From a virus (Duplodnaviria > Caudoviricetes), in IMG/VR virus record IMGVR_UViG_3300029288_000095, positions 51,732-115,731 of that record: a stretch of 64,000 bases of DNA. One strand, written 5' to 3'. Positions 17,586-27,552 of the stretch are shown here, piece by piece. The position numbers and the translations under genes are program-made. Below the pieces are notes generated by a model. It made no database searches, was not told where the DNA came from, and worked only from the letters and a program-made list of their open reading frames with translations. Position 1 is the first letter of the stretch, and every line of letters starts with the position of its first letter.

Positions 17586-17998
17586 TGGAAAAGCAAGCGC
17601 TTGACGATGAACCTAAAAAGCACAAGAAAGATAATTATACTTTCTATCCAGAACTGTCTGGAGCTGGTGATCCAGATCTGATCAAGAAACGGATCACCGA
17701 ACTGAAAGGCGCGATCAAGGCTTTGTCTAAAGACGCCGAGTTCTTTTCAAAGGAAATCCAGAATCTTCAGTCTTATGTTGATCTGTTTGAAAACATGATA
17801 GGTAAGAAGAAAGAAGAAGGATCTGAAAAGCAAGCCGGCGTTCTTCCTAAAAAAGCCAACCAGCTTGACGTTATGGATTTTAAGAAAAAGAAAGAAAACG
17901 AAGCGGCGTTTTATTCCAAAGCCTACGGCGACAAAGGCTTTGCGTCTAAACTGACTAAAGACTATAAACCGTCTGGGCGGTCATTCCCGAAGGTTTAA
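17585..17998 (+). CDS. Head-module protein sharing a repeat with the scaffold
   Basis: C-terminal ANQL..FYSKAYGDKGFA..LTK.Y..GR.FPK also present in 18038-20908. Confidence 0.6.
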   Translation: MEKQALDDEPKKHKKDNYTFYPELSGAGDPDLIKKRITELKGAIKALSKDAEFFSKEIQNLQSYVDLFENMIGKKKEEGSEKQAGVLPKKANQLDVMDFKKKKENEAAFYSKAYGDKGFASKLTKDYKPSGRSFPKV

Positions 17999-18037
17999 TT
18001 CTTTATAAACTATGAAAGCAATTTTAGGAGATTTCTA

Positions 18038-20908
18038 ATGAAATATTCAGCCACCTTTAATAGACTTCCTACCAAAACTGCGTCTTTTTGGCAAGTCACC
18101 GATGAATCTGGAAAGGAAGTAATAAAGGCTTCTGTCGCCCAGCTTTGGGGTAAACAGGCTTTCAAGATGTATGATAAGGTTGCTACTGAAGATTATGGTA
18201 ATGCGATCCTTGCGCGTATAGAAAAGGATGGTCTGGAAAAGGTTGCGGCAACGATGGGCGTTGAGCCGATGATCGGCGGCGATGCGCCGAAGGCAAAGCC
18301 GAAGTTTAATTTTAATAAACCGAAATCTGATGTTCCGGCTGTAGACAATTCGGCAAAAATTCCCAAAGAACTTCCGAAAGCAGAAGCGCCGAAAGCGGAT
18401 GCTGAAAAGAAACCTGAAGCGCCGAAAAAGAAATCAGTCAAAGACTATGCAAAGGAACTTGAAGCCTTCGTAACCGACATTGAAATCGACGAGAAGAAAA
18501 ATGAATACCAGTTCAAGACCGAAGATGGCGGCGAAGTCGTTGTGAAGGTCGAAGCTAAAAAAGCGGACAAAAAAGAGGACGCGCCGAAGTCGGAAGATGC
18601 GCCAAAAGCCGAAAAGAAAGAGGAAAAAGAAGCTTCACTTGTCACCGCAGAAGCGGACAAAAAAGAGGACAAAGGCTTCAAGATCGAAATAACCAAAGAA
18701 GGCAAGAAGGGCATGTGCAAACAGACTTCTGAAATCCTTACCAAGTTTATGACTGATCACGAAAAAGATATGGAAAAACTCGTCAAAGAAATTGAAGGCG
18801 AAGACGAAAAGCCCGAAACGAAAAAGGAAGAAAAGAAGGAAGATAAGACTGAAAAGAAAGAGCCGAAAGAAAAAGATGAAAAAGAAACGCCGAAAGAAGA
18901 AAAGATGGAGCATAAGAAAAGCGCTTCCGCATCTCATTCTAAGGCGTTTGATGTTTTTCTCGACGGCAAAAATATTGATACCGTGTTCTATTCTATTGAT
19001 GAAGTGGTAGATGCCGATGAAGTTAAGAAATCTCTTATTGAACATGACGGATATGACCCAAATATTGAAGTGGAAGAAGTGATTTCTAATAAAAAAGCAT
19101 CGCTTGAAGTGGAAGAAGATATTCCCGAAAAACACGCCAATCAGTTGAATACCATGTCCTTCAAGAAAAAGACCGTGAACGAAAAAGACTTCTATTCAAA
19201 GGCTTACGGCGATAAGGGTTTTGCGAATGGTCTTACGAAGAACTACAGCGGAAAAGATGGTCGAGCATTTCCGAAGATTGCTGCTAAGAATAAAGTCGAT
19301 TATCCTTTCGTTGTAAATCCAAAGGCATCCAAGCCCGAAGGTGCGAAAGAATATTTCGGTAAAGAATACGGCGATGAACAGTACGGTAAGAAACTTACCA
19401 AGAAATATAATCCAGGTAAACGGGCATACCCCGCCGCGCTTATTACCAAGATGATGCAAAAGCAGGCTTCGCTTAAAAAGGAAGCGCTTGAACTGTGGAA
19501 GTCTGCGCCGAATTATGGCGGAGAAGATTATAGCGATTATTACGTAGTCGCTGTTCGCACTCGCGATTCTAACGCTGTTGAAGAAAGTAATTTCGAATCG
19601 GCTTTGAAAAAGCTCGGCGGTGAAAAAGATGGCGTTATGGTTGCCCGTGCAAATCATTGGGCTGTCGGATGGGTTGAATATCTTCTTGTACATAAAGGTG
19701 CGGCTGAAAAGGTTGCTATTGCGCAAGATATCGAAGCCAAGCTCGCCGAATATCCTATTCTCGACGAAGACGATATGTCACAGCGCGAAATACAAATAGC
19801 CGATCAAGCCTACGAAGATTATATAAAAGATGAAGCGATAGAACATCTTGGTCTGAATGCGGATGAACTTTCCCCAGAAGATTTTGAAGCATTGAAAGAT
19901 GCGGTTATGCAAGGTATGGAATATGGTGAAGAACCAACGGTAGCTTCGTGGAATATTGTTGAAGAAGCTTGGAATAACTACAAGGTTCAGCAAGAAACTG
20001 GTTCTAAACATACTCCCGATCTTCCTGGGGTTGAAGCGCGTAAGAATAAGTTCCGCGAAATGAAAGCCAAAAGGATTGCATCAATGGAAAAGAAAGCTGA
20101 ACAGAAGAAAGTGGCGTATGATTTTACTGCTAATCAAGATATCGCTGTCGGCGATAAAGTTGAGGGCGGTACAGTAGTTGAAGTTAAGCGCGTACAGGAT
20201 GTTTACGCTAACGAAGAAGAATTTAATCAATGGCAAGAAACATACGGGCAAGAAGGGCTTTCTTGGGAAGGTAATGAAATTGTCACCGTTGATATTGATA
20301 AAGAAGGTATTGTCGTTGAAAAGTTTATCTACGAAATTGAAAAGGATGAACCCGTGGAAACTGAAAAGCAAATACCAATGGCTACTGAAACCAAAGTAGA
20401 AGATAAGCCAGCGGCTATGGCGGCAGCGAAAGAAAAGCTTCTTCTGGCTGAAAAAGATAAGCAAATCAAGTATCTTGAAAAGAAGGTCGCAAACACCGAA
20501 TTGAAAGTTGAAAAGTTGGCAAATGATAGAAACGAACTGATCGACGAAAAGGTTATTCGGATCAAAGCTGAAAAATCGCTTGATCTGTATAAGTTCGCAC
20601 TGTCGAAAGGTTTGGTTGAAGAAACCGAAAAAGATGAGTTCATTGAACAGACTATGGATATGGACGATAAGTCTTTTGCGCTTTTCGATGCTAATATAAA
20701 GAAAATGGCATCAAAAGTGGTTACTGCGTCGAACACTTCTACGGAAGTTACGAATAAGAACGGTTCGAGAATTATTGTCAAGAACGCTGGCATGAAAAAG
20801 ATTCCAAATCTCGCGTCCGAAAAAGTAGAACTGGGAGACTTTAAGAGCGCGGATTTGAAAGACAAGATTGCTAGTATCTGGACAGTTACAAAACGCCCAC
20901 AAGAATAA
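18038..20908 (+). CDS. Scaffold-like polyprotein
   Basis: 956 aa, K/E-rich, C-terminal coiled coil, directly upstream of the decoration and MCP genes; about 15 K/R-x-A motifs. Confidence 0.65.
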   Translation: MKYSATFNRLPTKTASFWQVTDESGKEVIKASVAQLWGKQAFKMYDKVATEDYGNAILARIEKDGLEKVAATMGVEPMIGGDAPKAKPKFNFNKPKSDVPAVDNSAKIPKELPKAEAPKADAEKKPEAPKKKSVKDYAKELEAFVTDIEIDEKKNEYQFKTEDGGEVVVKVEAKKADKKEDAPKSEDAPKAEKKEEKEASLVTAEADKKEDKGFKIEITKEGKKGMCKQTSEILTKFMTDHEKDMEKLVKEIEGEDEKPETKKEEKKEDKTEKKEPKEKDEKETPKEEKMEHKKSASASHSKAFDVFLDGKNIDTVFYSIDEVVDADEVKKSLIEHDGYDPNIEVEEVISNKKASLEVEEDIPEKHANQLNTMSFKKKTVNEKDFYSKAYGDKGFANGLTKNYSGKDGRAFPKIAAKNKVDYPFVVNPKASKPEGAKEYFGKEYGDEQYGKKLTKKYNPGKRAYPAALITKMMQKQASLKKEALELWKSAPNYGGEDYSDYYVVAVRTRDSNAVEESNFESALKKLGGEKDGVMVARANHWAVGWVEYLLVHKGAAEKVAIAQDIEAKLAEYPILDEDDMSQREIQIADQAYEDYIKDEAIEHLGLNADELSPEDFEALKDAVMQGMEYGEEPTVASWNIVEEAWNNYKVQQETGSKHTPDLPGVEARKNKFREMKAKRIASMEKKAEQKKVAYDFTANQDIAVGDKVEGGTVVEVKRVQDVYANEEEFNQWQETYGQEGLSWEGNEIVTVDIDKEGIVVEKFIYEIEKDEPVETEKQIPMATETKVEDKPAAMAAAKEKLLLAEKDKQIKYLEKKVANTELKVEKLANDRNELIDEKVIRIKAEKSLDLYKFALSKGLVEETEKDEFIEQTMDMDDKSFALFDANIKKMASKVVTASNTSTEVTNKNGSRIIVKNAGMKKIPNLASEKVELGDFKSADLKDKIASIWTVTKRPQE

Positions 20909-20948
20909 CGCTACGAAGTACGAAATTTTTTTATGAGAGGTATCGCAA

Positions 20949-21470
20949 ATGCTTAAACCTGTGAAGCAATCCTTCCAAGGTGCATCAAGTCTCCCTCTCA
21001 CCGCCGCTGCTATCGCGACGATCACTGCAACTCTTAGTGATCTCTTGAAGCTCGGCGCGATGAAACTTCAGCTCCCGTATGGCACTGGCACATTCGGCGC
21101 GGGACTGATAGTGAAACTTTCAAGCGAGTCTGGTGAAACCAAACTCGACCTTGCAAGTGGGAGCAATACTGCTTATGGGGTAACGGCTGATAATTATGCC
21201 GATTACGCTCAGAGCGGTAAAATGTCTTTTTTCCCCCTTACGGACGGCCTTGAAGCCGATGTGCAGGGCAACTACGACACGGGATATACTTATTCCGTGG
21301 GCGCAAGACTTACCTATGTCCCTTCGGGAGCAAACCAAGGCAAGCTGATTCCGGCAACCGCTTATACGACACAAGAAATTGTGGCGATAGTGGTTACTGC
21401 TCCGGCTAATGCTGCTAATGACGACATCATGCGCGTCAAGTTCTGCTTTCAAGCGGAAGCGGTAGCATAA
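20949..21470 (+). CDS. Capsid decoration/cement protein
   Basis: 173 aa, A/G/T-rich beta character, immediately before the MCP gene. Confidence 0.6.
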   Translation: MLKPVKQSFQGASSLPLTAAAIATITATLSDLLKLGAMKLQLPYGTGTFGAGLIVKLSSESGETKLDLASGSNTAYGVTADNYADYAQSGKMSFFPLTDGLEADVQGNYDTGYTYSVGARLTYVPSGANQGKLIPATAYTTQEIVAIVVTAPANAANDDIMRVKFCFQAEAVA

Positions 21471-21476
21471 GGAGCA

Positions 21477-22412
21477 ATGAACATGGAAAATCTTAATGCT
21501 CAGGAAAAGTCGGCGCTTGTTGATTCAATGTTTGAATCGACTGAAGGCCGCATGGCTCTCGCCGCTTCTATGGCGAACCCAATCCGCATGGACATGGACT
21601 ATCAGGGCATTTCCCGTAAGGTGCTCGTGGTAGACGCCATTCCCCAGGGCGAATTGGTTGTTTATGACCGTGACGTTCGTCTCCCAGCGAAAGTTATCGG
21701 TATGCGTGGACGCATCGAAGATGGTATCCTCGAAGGCGAACGCGTGACGGTCCCGACGTTCAACGTCGTGTCCTATCCGCAAGTACCCATCGACCAGATC
21801 CAGACTCGTAAGTTCAATATCGTTGACCGCGCACAGCAACGTGCGAAGAACGACATGATGGCGACTGAAGATACCTTTCTGTTCACCGCTCTCGAAGCGG
21901 CTGCGGCAAGTGGTATCAACGGTATTGCTACCGTGGCGGGAACTGTGGATAAAGACGCACTGCTTAACGTCTACCAAGAAGTAGGTAAGTGGCCGCTGAA
22001 TCCCGCGAAGATCGTTATGAACTTCGTCAATTACGTTGACCTGCTCCGCTTTACTCGCGATGAAATCGATCCAGTGACGCAGCGCGAAGTCTTGATGACT
22101 GGCCTGTGGGCGCATATCTGGACGACTGACATCCTCGTTTCTAACCTTTGCCCCGTGAACCGCGTGTTCGTGATCGCCGAACCGGAACAGACTGGTGTGC
22201 TCCCGATCCGTCAGGACATCACCGTTACTCCGTCGGATATCATGCCGCGCCTTACGCTCGGCTGGGTTATCTACGAAACAATCGGCATGGGTATCCTTAA
22301 CCCGCGCTCGGTTGCGAAGCTTGAAGTTTCGGGTAAGACGACTTTCACGCCTTGGTATCTCAGCAATACCATCGGTGAAGCTATCTACACTCCGAACGGC
22401 TCTATTTCGTAA
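21477..22412 (+). CDS. Major capsid protein (HK97 fold)
   Basis: LAASMANPIR..DYQGISRK..V..IPQG...YDRD, MATED, and GWVIYETIGMGILNPRSV ending; C-ending codon bias; followed by a strong terminator. Confidence 0.88.
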   Translation: MNMENLNAQEKSALVDSMFESTEGRMALAASMANPIRMDMDYQGISRKVLVVDAIPQGELVVYDRDVRLPAKVIGMRGRIEDGILEGERVTVPTFNVVSYPQVPIDQIQTRKFNIVDRAQQRAKNDMMATEDTFLFTALEAAAASGINGIATVAGTVDKDALLNVYQEVGKWPLNPAKIVMNFVNYVDLLRFTRDEIDPVTQREVLMTGLWAHIWTTDILVSNLCPVNRVFVIAEPEQTGVLPIRQDITVTPSDIMPRLTLGWVIYETIGMGILNPRSVAKLEVSGKTTFTPWYLSNTIGEAIYTPNGSIS

Positions 22413-22425
22413 TCACTTTGATACG

Positions 22426-22457
22426 AAGGGAGGGGATATTTTGTCCCCTCCCTTTTT
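22426..22457 (+). terminator. Rho-independent terminator
   Basis: aagggaggggat/gtcccctccctt stem followed by a T-run. Confidence 0.85.
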
Positions 22458-22505
22458 ATCTTAATTAACAAACAACAATAACAAAAACATTTTAGGAGAA
22501 ACACA

Positions 22506-22901
22506 ATGATTCTGCAAAACGTATCCCGTAAGACACACATTCTTTCATTTCTTCGCCGGAAACAATCTGATCCGGCAATCACACTTACAAGCGGACAGGC
22601 AATCGACTTGGCTACGAAAGGGTACAAGGACGAAGAGCTTAACAGCAATCCGCAAATTCAAATGCTACTTCAGAGTGGCGAAATCAAAGCGCTCACCACA
22701 ATGCCGCCAGTTACGCCGGCGATGGTGCATCAAGCCGAACAAGCAAATACCGCACTTGAACGCGAAAGAATTATTGAATTCGTAAAGAATCATTTCGCTG
22801 TTACGCTGATAGAATATCATCGTGATAAAGCACGCGATACAAAAGACTTTGAGCTTGAAACAATTTGCAAAGATCGGCTTTCTGAAATAGGCTATCGTTA
22901 A
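22506..22901 (+). CDS. Hypothetical protein
   Basis: 131 aa with AGGAG RBS. Confidence 0.6.
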   Translation: MILQNVSRKTHILSFLRRKQSDPAITLTSGQAIDLATKGYKDEELNSNPQIQMLLQSGEIKALTTMPPVTPAMVHQAEQANTALERERIIEFVKNHFAVTLIEYHRDKARDTKDFELETICKDRLSEIGYR

Positions 22902-22925
22902 CTAAGAATATTATAGGCTTTTGAA

Positions 22926-23414
22926 ATGATAATCATTAACAAAGCTGTTGGTAGTCTACGCATATCAGATATACAATATACCTTGACTACAAAACAAATG
23001 GTAAAAATATCTGACTACGTGGATAAACAAGTTTTGGAAAGAAGTTTGTTAGCCCCTCGCGGCAATCTTTACATGGCAAAAAAAGACGGTCTTGTGCAAA
23101 TCGTTCACGAATACGACAACGAATATAAACGTTATGAAGAACGTATTTTGGCACAAGCGAATTTTTATGATCCGAATACAAGAGTTGTAAAGATGCGCGA
23201 GGGGTTACTTAAATTTCATTCACTTAAAACGCATAAAGAAAAAGAAGATTTCATTGAAGGACTTGGTTTCCTTTACTATGATTTCTTCATTGAATTGCGC
23301 AATAAGTTGATAAGTCCAGAACATATAGAGATAAAAAAACTCGTAGAAAGAAAAATCAATTCGTTCAAGGACCAGAAGATTGCGGAAGGATTTGTTCTTC
23401 TTGATTTTTCATAA
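22926..23414 (+). CDS. Hypothetical protein
   Basis: 162 aa ORF. Confidence 0.55.
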   Translation: MIIINKAVGSLRISDIQYTLTTKQMVKISDYVDKQVLERSLLAPRGNLYMAKKDGLVQIVHEYDNEYKRYEERILAQANFYDPNTRVVKMREGLLKFHSLKTHKEKEDFIEGLGFLYYDFFIELRNKLISPEHIEIKKLVERKINSFKDQKIAEGFVLLDFS

Positions 23415-23443
23415 CATACAATAATAACGCATCAGGATAAAAA

Positions 23444-24592
23444 ATGTCTTTAGAAGTCATATGGCATGCGCCTGTGTACGATCCTTCGGGTTATGCTTCT
23501 TGTGCCAGAGATTACATCTTCGCACTGCATGAGGCGGGTGTGAAAGTTCGCGTTCAGCCAGTAACATTTTGGTCGCCGATAGCAACTCCGGCAGTCAGCG
23601 GAGAAAAGCTAGAACTGTTGAAGTCATTGGAAAATACTGAAGTATCTCCAACTTGTCCGCGTGTATGGCACATGGTTCCAGACCTTTATAAAAAGCTTGA
23701 TCCGCAGCGGAATGAACTTGGCTATACTGTATTTGAAACTGACGGTCTGCCGGCTCATTGGGTAGAACAGATGAACAAAATGGCTGGTATATTAGTTCCA
23801 TGTTCTTTCAATCTTGAAACTTTCCAGAACGGAGGTTTCAATAAAAACAGAATGACGGTAATACCACATATCGTTGATACCGAAACGATGAACCCAGATA
23901 ATTATAAGCCACTTGATCTAACAGCAAATGGCGCTATGCCAAAGAAAGATTTTTATTTCCTTTCAGTGATGGACGTTACGCACAGAAAGGGATGGGATAT
24001 TATGCTACGGGCATATCTGCGCGAATTCGACGGCGATCAGAACGTTGGCCTTATATTCAAAGGATACTTCGGCGGCGTCACAGAAAATCATAAAAAGAAT
24101 CTTATCAATCGTCTTCAAGACTTTGGACGTAAAATGATGCTTAAAAGGCCGCCATCGGTTATTTTCTATGGAGATATTCTTGACCAATCCGATCTTCCGC
24201 GTCTTTACAAGTCATGCGATTGCTTCTTATCGCCTCACCGTGGTGGTGGCTGGGAACTCGGATGTAGCGAATCTATGGCTATGGGATTGCCATGTATTGC
24301 TACGGGATGGTCAGGAAATATGCAGTTCATGAACGAAAATAATGCCTACCTAATCGACGTGGTTGAATTCAAGACGATTGATGAAGAAATGACCAAGATC
24401 ACGCCTAATTATAAAGGTCAGAAATGGGCAGAACCTTCGGAAGCTCATCTTCGGAAGCTTATGCGCCATGTCTATGAAAACAGAGCAGAAGCAAAAGCGA
24501 AAGGCGCATTGGCGCGGAAGCATCTTATGGAAAACTTTAATAAAAAAGTTATCGCCGATAAGCTGATCGAAGTAATAAAAAAATATAGCTAG
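23444..24592 (+). CDS. Glycosyltransferase, GT4-like (GT-B)
   Basis: SGYASCAR, TVFET, RKGWD, LSPHRGGGWELGCSESMAMGLPCIAT. Confidence 0.9.
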   Translation: MSLEVIWHAPVYDPSGYASCARDYIFALHEAGVKVRVQPVTFWSPIATPAVSGEKLELLKSLENTEVSPTCPRVWHMVPDLYKKLDPQRNELGYTVFETDGLPAHWVEQMNKMAGILVPCSFNLETFQNGGFNKNRMTVIPHIVDTETMNPDNYKPLDLTANGAMPKKDFYFLSVMDVTHRKGWDIMLRAYLREFDGDQNVGLIFKGYFGGVTENHKKNLINRLQDFGRKMMLKRPPSVIFYGDILDQSDLPRLYKSCDCFLSPHRGGGWELGCSESMAMGLPCIATGWSGNMQFMNENNAYLIDVVEFKTIDEEMTKITPNYKGQKWAEPSEAHLRKLMRHVYENRAEAKAKGALARKHLMENFNKKVIADKLIEVIKKYS

Positions 24593-24601
24593 AGTATAAT
24601 C

Positions 24602-24862
24602 ATGAATGAAATAAAAATTGTTTCTCCTGATGGCAAATCAACAAGCGCTTCCATAGAAAAGGATGGAATAAAATTAAAAAAAATACAGCACATTGTTGCA
24701 TATATAAATTATGATGAAGTAATCAACTATATGTATTTTTATGATTCGGATGGGAAACAATATAAATGCATTTTGAAAAATTACGAAATAAATGGATTGC
24801 TTTCTGAAATTAAAGAAAATAAAAAAGAAATTGATAAGGAGAAAATTAATGGCTCGCTATGA
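24602..24862 (+). CDS. Hypothetical protein
   Basis: 86 aa ORF within the operon. Confidence 0.5.
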   Translation: MNEIKIVSPDGKSTSASIEKDGIKLKKIQHIVAYINYDEVINYMYFYDSDGKQYKCILKNYEINGLLSEIKENKKEIDKEKINGSL

Positions 24863-25070
24863 TTTTACTTGTACAAAATGCACACACGCCGTTGAGGTCA
24901 ATGTTTCTATAAACGATATAGAAAAACACGAACAGAAATGCGAAAAGTGCGGCGCAGATATGCAGCGTTTGTTTAACATGCCGTTTGTAAAATATGTAGG
25001 CCCCGGTTTTTACAAGACCGAGTATGCCACTCAGCATCTCGGCGGCGGTATGGAACTTAGGCATAAATGA
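24849..25070 (+). CDS. FmdB-family zinc-ribbon protein
   Basis: MARYDFTCTKC...CEKCG..MQR.F......GPGFYKTEY; AAGGAG RBS favours a start at 24849. Confidence 0.8.
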   Translation: MARYDFTCTKCTHAVEVNVSINDIEKHEQKCEKCGADMQRLFNMPFVKYVGPGFYKTEYATQHLGGGMELRHK

Positions 25071-25076
25071 AAAACA

Positions 25077-26018
25077 ATGAACATTCTAACATTTTCTACA
25101 CATGAAGGGTATCAATATAATCTGTGTAAGACAGGTCATAACTTTGACATCCTTGAATCTGATAAGCTTGGCGGCGTGAAAGGCTGGGACGAAAGGCAAA
25201 GACCGCTTCCACCAAACGCTCACGTCATAAGCGCTGTAGATAATTACGATAGGTACGATCTGATCTTATGTCAGAAGATAGAAGATTGGTATCGCGTCAA
25301 AGATATTCAAAAGAAAAAAATCATTCTATTTCATGTTCTTTGGAGTAGGAACTGGGATATATCTGAAGAAGACGACTTTAAGGGTCGCGATGGTTTAATA
25401 GCGCAGATGAAAGATGATTACAAGGTTTATATCCTTGAATCAAAACGGAAATCGTGGAATAGTTTTGACGATAAGTCGGTTATTATAAACCACGGCGTTG
25501 ATCTGAACGATTATAATAAAAAATTCAATGGAAACACGCAATCGGTTCTACGCGCTTGTCACTTCTTCCGTGATCGCGATTGGTGGTGCGGCTATGATAA
25601 ATTCCTAAAAGTCTTGCGCGGATCGCCGCACATGATACTTGGGAACAACCCAAATACGCCGAATAGCTTCTATCCAGAAAACTTTGAAACGTATAAAGAT
25701 TTCTTTTATGGGTTTCGCGTGTATTTTAATTCAACTACGAATGATGATTATCCTTTGAGTATGCTTGATGCTTTCGCGGCGGGTATGCCTGTAGTATCAA
25801 CATGCGCCAAGAACGAACCGCAATATATCTATCACGGTTATAACGGCTATGTGTCAGACGATGACGAATGTTTGCATGAGTCCATAAGCATGATGCTACA
25901 AGATCGTAGAAAGGCGCGGCTAATAGGCAAAGCAGGCAAAGATATCATTGACGAACATTTCAATCTAAAGAAATTCATAGACAAGTGGAACGAAACATTT
26001 GAGCTTGCAAGGAAATAA
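25077..26018 (+). CDS. Glycosyltransferase, GT4-like
   Basis: INHGVD, PLSMLDAFAAGMPVVS, HGYNGY. Confidence 0.85.
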   Translation: MNILTFSTHEGYQYNLCKTGHNFDILESDKLGGVKGWDERQRPLPPNAHVISAVDNYDRYDLILCQKIEDWYRVKDIQKKKIILFHVLWSRNWDISEEDDFKGRDGLIAQMKDDYKVYILESKRKSWNSFDDKSVIINHGVDLNDYNKKFNGNTQSVLRACHFFRDRDWWCGYDKFLKVLRGSPHMILGNNPNTPNSFYPENFETYKDFFYGFRVYFNSTTNDDYPLSMLDAFAAGMPVVSTCAKNEPQYIYHGYNGYVSDDDECLHESISMMLQDRRKARLIGKAGKDIIDEHFNLKKFIDKWNETFELARK

Positions 26019-26020
26019 CT

Positions 26021-26716
26021 ATGAAATACATAACCATACCCGCAACGCGCCCACAGTATCTTGAACAAGTAATCGAATCGCTGAAGCCGAATAAGAACCT
26101 TGATCAATATACGCTATTGATCGTGCTTGAACCGTGTTATAAGAAAGAATTGCCGGATCTGTCTTGGATAAAGCATATCGTTGTACGCAACGAGCAGACA
26201 CGCGGAGTGGATAACAATCAACATTTTATTTTGGATTATGCTTTCAGCCGTGATGCGGAATATGTTATTCGCCTTGAAGACGATCTGTGTGTTAGTCCAG
26301 ACGTTACGGAATTGGCTGAATGGTATGTCAGTCAACCGTTGCTGGAAGACCAAGTCTGCATGATACTTTGGAGCGGAAGCACGACCGAAGAAAATCCAAC
26401 AAAAATAATTATGCACGATTATTTTTGTCCGTGGGGGAATGTTATTACTAAACCGCAATGGGAAAACCATTGGAAGAACCAAATGCAAAACAAAGATAAT
26501 TGTTCTGTGTTTGATTGTGAACATAATTTCGGATGGGACTGGATTTTAAATGGATACTTTATTAAATATAAAAAGCACTCAATGGTTCCGGCACTATCTC
26601 GTATAAAAAATGTAGGCGTAGATGGTGTATATTCTAACGAATGGGTTTGGAAAAAGTCATTTAATGGCAAAATCAACAACACGAAAATTTATAATCGTAC
26701 AGACTATTCACTATGA
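26021..26716 (+). CDS. GT-A glycosyltransferase
   Basis: RPQYLEQVIESL, LEDDLCVSPD, GWDW, PALSRIKNVG. Confidence 0.75.
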   Translation: MKYITIPATRPQYLEQVIESLKPNKNLDQYTLLIVLEPCYKKELPDLSWIKHIVVRNEQTRGVDNNQHFILDYAFSRDAEYVIRLEDDLCVSPDVTELAEWYVSQPLLEDQVCMILWSGSTTEENPTKIIMHDYFCPWGNVITKPQWENHWKNQMQNKDNCSVFDCEHNFGWDWILNGYFIKYKKHSMVPALSRIKNVGVDGVYSNEWVWKKSFNGKINNTKIYNRTDYSL

Positions 26717-27552
26717 AAATAGGATTTATCAACCAATCTCAAATCGGATACGGCGCATGGGAGACCACAATAAATCTTATCAAAGAAGCCAAAAATCGCG
26801 GACACGAAACATATCTGAATGAATACCGCGACGATCTTGATTTTTATGTCATAGGTATGTTTTATGACTCCGATGGTGTTGCTAAGATAATCAAAAATAA
26901 GCCGTATGTTTATATCGAACATTCTATTGAGATGATACTGCACGAAAAAGAAATCATTCGTAAACACATATTGCCAAACGCAAAAAAGATTTATTTCTTT
27001 TCGCCACGGCAACGGGAAAACATATTATATAATTTAAATTCGGCAAGTCAAAAAATTATTGAAAACAATCATGCTTATTTAGTCGTTCCTATTGACACAG
27101 AATTCTGGAAAGCAATAGATATTGAACGCGAATTTAACTTGAATATATTCGTTGGGTTAATCCATTCTAACAAAGGCGTGTGTCAGATACTTCAAGAAGC
27201 CAAACAAAAACCAAACCAAAAATTTGTATTTATAGGTTCTGGCGGTGGAGATATTGACGTAAACACATTTATAAACGGATATCCTAATTGCCAATATATC
27301 GGTCATCAAAACAAAGAACAGCTACGCGAATGGTATTCACGTGCGTCTAATCTTTATATTCTTGCATCAAATGGAGCGGTTGAGAGCGCAAGTCGTGTCG
27401 TTTTTGAAGCGGTTCTATGCGGATGTAATCCAATAGTTAATAAAAATGTTGGTAATTCCAGTTATCCATGGTATAACGACCGTTCAAAAATAATAGAAAA
27501 TATAAAAGAATCAATCAATAACTTTTATTGTTTTATAGAAAGCGCAAAATGA
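26713..27552 (+). CDS. Glycosyltransferase, GT4-like
   Basis: FVGLIHSNKG, ESASRVVFEAVLCGC. Confidence 0.8.
   Translation: MKIGFINQSQIGYGAWETTINLIKEAKNRGHETYLNEYRDDLDFYVIGMFYDSDGVAKIIKNKPYVYIEHSIEMILHEKEIIRKHILPNAKKIYFFSPRQRENILYNLNSASQKIIENNHAYLVVPIDTEFWKAIDIEREFNLNIFVGLIHSNKGVCQILQEAKQKPNQKFVFIGSGGGDIDVNTFINGYPNCQYIGHQNKEQLREWYSRASNLYILASNGAVESASRVVFEAVLCGCNPIVNKNVGNSSYPWYNDRSKIIENIKESINNFYCFIESAK

Noticed and set aside
21477-22412. Encapsulin or contractile injection system instead of a phage
   Set aside because: Portal, protease, scaffold, neck and a full tail are all present, which fits a tailed phage
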